Notes under the pieces: generated by a model
What the model was told of the DNA's origin: nothing
The model's input: the letters and a program-made list of their open reading frames with translations, nothing else
The model's database searches: none
Part shown: one piece after another, positions 26,134-32,000 of the stretch
How the letters are laid out: each line of letters begins with the position of its first letter
How positions within the stretch are numbered: the stretch's first letter is position 1
Translations under genes and position numbers: made by a program
Origin: Nostoc sp. PCC 7120 = FACHB-418
GTDB taxonomy: Bacteria; Cyanobacteriota; Cyanobacteriia; Cyanobacteriales; Nostocaceae
Direction: 5' to 3'
Assembly: GCF_000009705.1 (NCBI RefSeq)
Contig: NC_003272.1
Span: forward strand, 5,430,001-5,462,000
Length of the DNA stretch: 32,000 bases

Positions 26134-26364
26134 TAAACTATTCAGGCTCTCCCAGAGTGGTTATGATAAATTAATAATAAAAACAGGCTAAGGATATTGA
26201 TTTAGCAAGATTCTAGCAACACAAAATAAAAGATTTAATAAAAATACGATTTATTTGTTTTAATTCCTTGCTATGTAATAATTTAAGCTGGTAATAAGTA
26301 TTAACTTAACATAGCTAGTCTAGGAGAGCCACTATTCATTACGGAATCTGGAGCTTAAATAACT

Positions 26365-26583
26365 ATGCTTAAATACTCCTCAATCATCAGCACATCCCCA
26401 GAAATCATGGGTGGAACACCTGTCTTTACTGGTACTAGAGTTCCCGTACAAACACTTTTGGACTATCTCAAAGCCGGAGAATCTATTGACGATTTTTTAG
26501 ATGGATTTCCAACTGTAAATAGGGAGCAAGTTATTGCATTTTTAGAAGAGACAGGCAAACAAATTCTTGACGCGGTAGCATAG
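26365..26583 (+). CDS. DUF433-family protein (putative antitoxin or DNA-binding partner of DUF5615/PIN-like proteins)
   Basis: 72-aa ORF. 'ISTSPEIMGGTPVFTGTRVPVQTLLDYLKAGESIDDFLDGFPTVNREQVIAFLE' is the characteristic DUF433 pattern. Confidence 0.8.
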   Translation: MLKYSSIISTSPEIMGGTPVFTGTRVPVQTLLDYLKAGESIDDFLDGFPTVNREQVIAFLEETGKQILDAVA

Positions 26584-26585
26584 TT

Positions 26586-26714
26586 ATGAAGTTGCTTGTT
26601 GATGAAGAATTTGCTAGTCAATTAAAAGAGCAAAATCCATCATTCTTGAAACAAGAACTAAAGCTAAAGTTAACTAGCTCTATTTACGGCGATAAACATC
26701 TCTACGATGACTAA
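26586..26714 (+). pseudogene. Truncated DUF5615/Mut7-C PIN-like partner gene (42 codons)
   Basis: The ATG lies 2 nt after the DUF433 stop. The product MKLLVDEEFASQLKEQNPSFLKQ.. begins like DUF5615 proteins (MK.L.DENL..), which are normally about 110 aa. The frame stops at 26712-26714, inside the 3' end of the convergent relE/parE-like gene. Confidence 0.4.
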
Positions 26715-26943
26715 TTTTAACAACTTTAACTATTAGTAAATCATCTTTAATCTCGTATAAGATACGATAATTACCTACACGAATACGATAAGTATCTTCT
26801 TCACCCTCTAACTTAACTACATCATTAGAGCGAGGATTGTTTGATAACTCTTGAATTTTTTCCTCAATTTTAAGTTTAATATCTTCAGATAGCTTTTTTA
26901 ATTGTTTAGCTGCCCTAGTTGTAATTTCTATTTGATAAATCAT
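26680..26943 (-). CDS. Type II toxin, RelE/ParE family
   Basis: 87-aa ORF: 'MIYQIEITTRAAKQLKKL...IKLKIEEKIQELSNNPR....KLEGEEDTYRIRVGNYRILYEIKDDLLIVKVVKISHRRDVY'. The pattern is canonical RelE/ParE. A 4-nt ATGA overlaps the upstream antitoxin ORF. Confidence 0.88.
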   Translation of the reverse strand: MIYQIEITTRAAKQLKKLSEDIKLKIEEKIQELSNNPRSNDVVKLEGEEDTYRIRVGNYRILYEIKDDLLIVKVVKISHRRDVYRRK

Positions 26944-27152
26944 GCACTCTCTTGCTTATATTGCTCCCAAGAGATAGTAGTGTCATTTTTTGCAGCATAA
27001 ATATCCTGAATATCTTCTTCATCTTCACTTTTACGAATTTTTAGTAACTCTAAAACATCTTCTAAAGTGTCGTCATAAGCTTGTTCTAATTCTTCATAAA
27101 TAGCTTTGAGTAACGCTTGTCTAGTTTCTGTAGGTTGCATTATATACCTCAT
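26940..27152 (-). CDS. Cognate antitoxin (small acidic protein)
   Basis: 70-aa ORF. The more likely start is the second ATG at 27140 (MQPTETRQ..), which is preceded by GAGG. Its stop overlaps the toxin start. It is acidic, and I recognise no family. Confidence 0.65.
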   Translation of the reverse strand: MRYIMQPTETRQALLKAIYEELEQAYDDTLEDVLELLKIRKSEDEEDIQDIYAAKNDTTISWEQYKQESA

Positions 27153-27510
27153 TAATTATTCTTTATTGCTGATATTTACACCATCATGATGTTCTTTGAA
27201 GTAGGCGATCGCATTTGTCTCTAGTTTACCAATATATTTAAGCAGTATGATGGCGATCGCCTATGGTCATGCGAGCTTATCACCTATAATTTTTGGGAAT
27301 ACTTAAGTTTGAAGGGATTATTCTAACTTAAAAGTAAGGAGCATTATGAGCATTCTTGATCTCCTGCGATACAAGTTTTATCATCGCTATGATAATGAAT
27401 CACTAATTCCAACAAAAAACCAGGACACTTTTAGGTATCCCGGTTTATTTATATCAATATCAAAAATTTTGCAGGAGCAAAATCATGCCCCTATTTATCT
27501 TTGACTAAAA

Positions 27511-28590
27511 TTAAACCTTAGCAGCAGCCTTGCTGATAGCGTTCAATTCGCCTTTAGCATACTTAGCAGCAAAAGTTTCTAGAGAAACTTGCTTAATCTT
27601 GCTAGCATTGCCAGCAGTACCGAATTGTACATAGCGTTCTGCACAAACCTTCTGCATATATGTAATAGAAGGCTTGAGGAAGTGACGGGGGTCAAACTCC
27701 TTGGGATTTTTTGCTAAAGCTTCGCGCACAGCCGCAGTGATAGCCAGGCGGTTGTCGGTGTCGATGTTCACTTTGCGAACACCACTCTTGATACCTTTTT
27801 GGATTTCTTCTACAGGTACACCGTAGGTTTCAGGAATAGCACCACCGTACTCGTTAATCAAAGCGATTAAATCTTCAGGTACGGAAGAAGAACCGTGCAT
27901 TACCAAGTGGGTGTTAGGTAGACGGCGGTGAATTTCTTCAATGCGGCTGATAGCCAAAATTTCGCCGGTGGGTTTGCGGGTAAACTTGTAAGCACCGTGG
28001 CTGGTACCGATAGCTACAGCCAAAGCATCTACTTGGGTTGCTTCTACGAAGTTAACAGCTTCATCGGGGTCAGTTAACAGTTGGGAATGGTCAAGAGTAC
28101 CTTCAAAACCGTGTCCGTCTTCAGCTTCACCCGCACCGGTTTCCAGAGAACCCAAACAACCGAGTTCACCTTCTACACTTACGCCCAAAGCATGAGCTAC
28201 ATTTACAACTTCGCGGGTAACATTGACGTTGTACTCGAAGCTAGCAGGGGTTTTAGCATCAGCTTCTAAAGAACCATCCATCATGACGCTGGTGAAGTTG
28301 TTCTTGATTGCTGAGTAGCAGGTAGAAGGAGCATTACCATGATCCTGGTGCATGACGATGGGAATCTCAGGATAGGTTTCTACCGCAGCCAAAATCAGGT
28401 GGCGGAGGAAGTTTTCACCTGCATAATTACGAGCGCCACGAGAAGCTTGCAAAATTACGGGGCTATCTGTCTCGGCAGCAGCCTTCAGGATTGCCTGAAT
28501 CTGCTCCAAATTGTTAACGTTGAAAGCTGGGATGCCGTAACCGTTTTCAGCCGCGTGATCCAAAAGCAGCCGCAATGGTACAAGCGCCAT
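27511..28590 (-). CDS. fba: Fructose-1,6-bisphosphate aldolase, class II (Calvin-cycle type)
   Basis: 359-aa ORF. '[30 protein letters not shown]', '[11 protein letters not shown]', 'HQDHG', 'SVMMDGS', 'GTSHGAYKF' and '[10 protein letters not shown]' are colinear with class II FBA. Confidence 0.95.
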   Translation of the reverse strand: MALVPLRLLLDHAAENGYGIPAFNVNNLEQIQAILKAAAETDSPVILQASRGARNYAGENFLRHLILAAVETYPEIPIVMHQDHGNAPSTCYSAIKNNFTSVMMDGSLEADAKTPASFEYNVNVTREVVNVAHALGVSVEGELGCLGSLETGAGEAEDGHGFEGTLDHSQLLTDPDEAVNFVEATQVDALAVAIGTSHGAYKFTRKPTGEILAISRIEEIHRRLPNTHLVMHGSSSVPEDLIALINEYGGAIPETYGVPVEEIQKGIKSGVRKVNIDTDNRLAITAAVREALAKNPKEFDPRHFLKPSITYMQKVCAERYVQFGTAGNASKIKQVSLETFAAKYAKGELNAISKAAAKV

Positions 28591-29070
28591 AGATAGTCCT
28601 CCTAATGTGGTTGTCAGCTAGTGGGTGTGAAAGCAGCGTAGTGATTACGCTAAATCTTAATAGTTTTTTCAACTTATAGGAAATTATAACTAGTGTAGGG
28701 TGTTTATGTTGAAAAAGTTTACGCCGTTACTAATCAAGATGCCCTATGATTTGACTAAACTACTGTCAAGTATGCTACGGCACAGTTAGAGGCTTTAGTA
28801 GTGTGTTATCCCAGATAAGATACTGTGGGCGATCGCCCACAGAGTGGAGCATCATCAAGCCTCCTCATCAATTGAAAATTTACACAAAGTATTCCAAATT
28901 CATCGCCACCGCTAGTTTCTGGGCAGGGATGGCGTTATGGCGACACGCAATTTGATCGCAGGTGAATTTATTGCCGTTTTCCACTAGGGGAATTGTTCGA
29001 TGTGGTGGAGGTATGTTCACCATGATGATATTTAGACAGGATTTCTACAACCAGGTTGTCTATTGGAATT

Positions 29071-29099
29071 GGGTGTAAGAATTTTAAACATTTACACCT
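29071..29099. repeat. Copy of the GGTGTAAG..AAACATTTACACC hairpin repeat
   Basis: Read directly: gggtgtaagaattttaaacatttacacct. The arms ggtgtaa and ttacacc pair. It is homologous to the core of 9613-9683. Confidence 0.75.
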
Positions 29100-29639
29100 G
29101 ACCTATCTCTATAGTCTTAACAGTTTTGATGCTAGCGGCGGACGTAAGACCATACACCAATAGCTACGCTGATAAATAGGCGTAATAATTCTGAAAAATT
29201 AATAATTATCCAGGGTGTGTCCATTACTTACTAAAAAGCAGCACTATCTCACAATTTGATATTTTACTAATTTTGGTGAATTATCCAACCACAGATAGAG
29301 GAAATCATTATTAAAAAGTGGTAATTTAGCAGTTTGTTTGTATATTTATCCTTTGAAAAAGCTAATTTATACTATGGTCTAATATTTATAATTTAGAGAT
29401 CACCGATAGTTATACTCCCAAAATAATGCGGACGTATTTGCCATATTAGCAATATCCTTTCAGGTCTAAATAGTTATGAAAGCTGTCAAATGAGTTTGGG
29501 CTTTGAGAGATATTTTAATTATTAATTATATTTACTATAAAATTCACCTTTGGCAGTGCCAGAGGTGTTGTTATTCCTGTTTAATTAGTGCATTAAATTC
29601 GACTATCTAACCTCTGTCATCAAGTCGTAGGCATCTACA

Positions 29640-30821
29640 GTGAACATAGAATTATTTATCCAACGGGCAGAAGCATTACATAAACAACTAGCAGATTTGT
29701 ACCAAACTGCTAGCGTTTTGCCTTGGATTCCGCCAGATTTACTACCACAGGCTTTTAAAGAGCTTTACAGTAACTCCAAGCTAGTACAACTGGCAGCCGA
29801 AGAACTTTATCATCAAAACGAGGAACTTATACAAACACGCAGTTTATTGGAAGCAGAACGCCAACACTACCATGATTTGTTTGAGTTTGCACCAGATGGG
29901 TATTTAGTAACTAATGCTGAGGGAATTATTCAAGAAGCTAACCTGACTGCGACAAAGTTATTCAATGCACCAAAACATATCCTAGTAGATAGGTCAGTAA
30001 TTAATTTTATTCGCCTCGAAGAACGGGAAAGCTTTCACTGTGAACTCAATCAATTATTCCAGACAGATAAGGCTAAAAAGTTAATAGTGCGCTTACACCA
30101 ATTTCATGGTGAATCTTTTGATGCGCTTCTAACAATATCTGTAGTCCGGAGCCAAAATGGTAAAATAAAATCCCTGCACTGGTTGTTAAGTCACATTAAT
30201 GAAAACCAACAGCAAAGTTTAGGCTTAGTCAATCATGAAAATTATCTCAGTCAAAACCGTCCAGTATACGTATATGCTAAAGGAGAGAATATCCCCCTTA
30301 ATCCTTTAGTTATTTGGTATGTTCGCCAAGGTTTAGTCAAGCTGAGTACTTTTTGTGAAACAGGTGAAGAAGTATTAACGGGTTTGGCAAAAACACACAT
30401 GGTATTTGGTTCTAGTATGACTAAGTTACCTATCTATCAAGCTACGGCTCTTGCTGATGTGGAATTAGTATCAATAAATTTTGCAGAAATAGCTGTTTCC
30501 CAGATGCTGAGTCATATCTTGCTACCAAAAATAAATCAGCAATTACAGCAGAAAGAATCTTTTTTAGTTATTACTGGAAGACGAAAAATAGAAGATCGTC
30601 TCTATCATTTATTACAGTTTTTAAAACAAGAAATCGGTGAACCTGTAGGAGAAAAGACTCGCTTAAGTGTACGTTTTACTCATGAGGATATTGCCAGTGC
30701 TTGTTGTACTACTAGAGTGACAATTACACGATTGATGGGTAAGTTACAACAACAAGGTTTGATTAGTTTCGACTCGAAGAAACATATGATTATTAATAAG
30801 AGGCTAGAGGATAGGGAATAA
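29640..30821 (+). CDS. PAS-domain / Crp-Fnr-like transcriptional regulator fusion
   Basis: 393-aa ORF from a GTG. The N-terminal coiled coil is 'EELYHQNEELIQTRSLLEAERQHYHDLFEFAPDGYLVTNAEGIIQEAN', a typical PAS entry. The PAS core extends to about residue 185. Next comes a Crp-like beta-roll (VIWYVRQGLVKLSTFCETGEEVLTGLA..MVFGSS) and then an HTH 'FTHEDIASACCTTRVTITRLMGKLQQQGLI'. Confidence 0.8.
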   Translation: MNIELFIQRAEALHKQLADLYQTASVLPWIPPDLLPQAFKELYSNSKLVQLAAEELYHQNEELIQTRSLLEAERQHYHDLFEFAPDGYLVTNAEGIIQEANLTATKLFNAPKHILVDRSVINFIRLEERESFHCELNQLFQTDKAKKLIVRLHQFHGESFDALLTISVVRSQNGKIKSLHWLLSHINENQQQSLGLVNHENYLSQNRPVYVYAKGENIPLNPLVIWYVRQGLVKLSTFCETGEEVLTGLAKTHMVFGSSMTKLPIYQATALADVELVSINFAEIAVSQMLSHILLPKINQQLQQKESFLVITGRRKIEDRLYHLLQFLKQEIGEPVGEKTRLSVRFTHEDIASACCTTRVTITRLMGKLQQQGLISFDSKKHMIINKRLEDRE

Positions 30822-30860
30822 ATTTTTCTGTGCATGGCGGAGTTATGGGTGCTGATGTAG

Positions 30861-30959
30861 TATAGCTGTTGACAGTTGACGGTTGACAGACTTGAAAGTC
30901 TTGTGTTGTCAGGGTTTGATCTTGGCTTGATGTCCTAATCTATCTAGCTACGGCTATAA
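30861..30959. mobile_element. Short MITE-like element, inverted copy of the 7524-7608 sequence
   Basis: The termini are tatagctg...cggctata. The reverse complement aligns to 7524-7608 at roughly 80 percent identity by eye, with a 14-nt internal duplication of the GTCAAC motif. It contains the hairpin gacagacttgaaagtcttgtgttgtc. Confidence 0.6.
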
Positions 30960-30995
30960 TTCGCTTTTTTCACCCCTAACCTCTAAACCTCTCCA

Positions 30996-31274
30996 TTAAG
31001 ATTGTTGGGGAATTAAACTGGCGTTTTTAGTCGCGCTATCCCAAACTATCGAGCTAAAAGAACTACTTTGCTCAACGGGGCTATGGGAAACTTTAAAGTA
31101 AAATTTTTCTCCGCCCTTGATTTCAATAGCAAAATCAGCATTTTGAGCGTAAATAACTTTAAAGCCTCTATCTCGTAGACAATACATAGCCCAAGCTTTC
31201 AATGATTGCTTATGTGGTTCGTGGGGGATGGGTGGTTTTGTAATGGCTTCTTCTATGACCTTAAATATCTGCAT
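30996..31274 (-). CDS. Hypothetical protein
   Basis: 92-aa ORF with an ATG start. I recognise no family, and coding status rests on ORF length only. Confidence 0.4.
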   Translation of the reverse strand: MQIFKVIEEAITKPPIPHEPHKQSLKAWAMYCLRDRGFKVIYAQNADFAIEIKGGEKFYFKVSHSPVEQSSSFSSIVWDSATKNASLIPQQS

Positions 31275-31490
31275 TGGCTTTTTGATTCAATGTCTAAGGT
31301 GGTGCTGAGTAATTTTAATATCATCCTGGTTTTTTGTGTTTGTCTCGCATCTTTTCTCAAAACAAAGCAGATGGACTTGTGAAGCTTCTCATTCCTGAGG
31401 ATTGCCTACTCATTGATGGGTACAGGCGCAGAAATAGTAAAACTGATTACAATACTCAAGGCAAAATTTTATTCCTTGGTTTCAACATTT

Positions 31491-32000
31491 ATGGAAAACT
31501 TTGTTTTTTACAACCCAGTCAAAATTTTATTTGGCAAAGGTCAAATCGCTAATATTGCCGCCGAAATTCCGACTGATGCTAAGATTCTTATTACCTACGG
31601 TGGCGGTAGCATTAAAGCCAATGGTGTGTACGACCAGGTTAAATCTGCATTGGCTGGACGGAAAATCTTTGAGTTTGGTGGGATTGAACCTAACCCCCAT
31701 TTAGAAACTCTGTTGAAGGCGGTGGAATTAATACGCCAAGAAGGTATCGATTTTCTCTTGGCTGTTGGTGGTGGTTCAGTTGTGGATGGGACTAAATTTA
31801 TTGCGGCGGCGGTTCCTTTTGTTGGTGACCCTTGGGACATCTTGGCCAAGCAAGCACCTGTGACTGCGGCTGTACCTTTTGGGGCGGTATTGACCTTACC
31901 AGCTACAGGTTCGGAAATGAATACTAACTCGGTTGTGACTAAGTGGGAAACCAAAGAAAAGCTGTTCTTTGCTAGTCCCTTGGTGTTTCCTCGCTTCTCT
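31491..32000 (+). CDS. Iron-containing (group III) alcohol dehydrogenase, YqhD/BdhA-like; 3' end beyond the window
   Basis: This gene is not in the supplied track because it is open-ended. The ATG at 31491 gives MENFVFYNPVKILFGKGQIANIAAEIPTDAKILITYGGGSIKANGVYDQVKSAL..FEFGGIEPNPHLETLLKAVELIRQEGIDFLLAVGGGSVVDGTKFIAAAV..LPATGSEMN. The GGGS-x2-D motif is typical of Fe-ADHs. The listed ORFs at 31501..31704(+) and 31595..31954(-) lie in other frames of this gene. Confidence 0.9.
   Translation, partial: MENFVFYNPVKILFGKGQIANIAAEIPTDAKILITYGGGSIKANGVYDQVKSALAGRKIFEFGGIEPNPHLETLLKAVELIRQEGIDFLLAVGGGSVVDGTKFIAAAVPFVGDPWDILAKQAPVTAAVPFGAVLTLPATGSEMNTNSVVTKWETKEKLFFASPLVFPRFS

Noticed and set aside
28081-28596. 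Plus-strand ORFs 28081..28269 and 28339..28596 opposite fba.
   Set aside because: They are antisense to a canonical, full-length class II aldolase and have no motifs.
30996-31274. A PD-(D/E)xK nuclease motif in the 92-aa hypothetical protein (..NADFAIEIKGGEK..).
   Set aside because: The Asp and the E-x-K are only 3 residues apart on what looks like a single strand. In this fold they normally lie on two adjacent strands separated by a hairpin, so the resemblance is probably coincidental.
31334-31954. Listed ORFs 31334..31552(+), 31501..31704(+) and 31595..31954(-).
   Set aside because: The open-ended frame starting at the ATG at 31491 encodes a textbook iron-containing alcohol dehydrogenase N-terminus. 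The listed ORFs are alternative-frame or antisense artefacts, or upstream spacer.

Overview
The window looks like chromosomal DNA from a filamentous, heterocyst-forming cyanobacterium (Nostoc/Anabaena type). Three things read directly from the sequence support this. There are more than twenty HIP1 octamers (GCGATCGC). STRR-type heptamer arrays such as CCCCA(A/G)T, ATAGTCC and GTACTGG fill many intergenic regions. The gene content includes psbD, an SLH/OprB-type porin, a class II Calvin-cycle aldolase and HEAT-repeat proteins.

I support about 31 protein-coding genes (one running off the 3' edge), one tRNA-Asn(GUU), several intrinsic terminators, and several short dispersed or MITE-like repeats. 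No CRISPR array, rRNA, transposase or integrase is visible.

Most of the window is ordinary core genome: a HEAT protein, a cupin, a PQQ sugar dehydrogenase, a TrmH-family methylase, psbD, a pterin dehydratase, a porin, Rrf2-cysK, a J-protein, a PTPS-like enzyme and fba. Three stretches look accessory or unexplained.

1. 7.5-8.6 kb is an ORF-free tract next to the tRNA, built from nested MITE-like elements.
2. 12.3-12.6 kb is a densely self-complementary, terminator-capped RNA-like element downstream of a monocistronic psbD. It holds a 25-codon ORF whose SD and start codons sit in mutually exclusive helices.
3. 20.3-27.5 kb is a visibly AT-rich block. It holds a Rieske protein whose canonical catalytic-iron His motif I cannot find, then a rubredoxin and an HI0933-type flavoprotein. 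After these come a 786-aa protein with about 490 unassigned N-terminal residues fused to a 7-blade WD40 propeller, and two toxin-antitoxin cassettes, one of them decayed.

My best candidates for something undescribed are the WD40 protein with its TA islet, the Rieske/rubredoxin/flavoprotein trio, and the psbD-downstream structured RNA. All functional assignments come from my own motif recognition. No database search was run.
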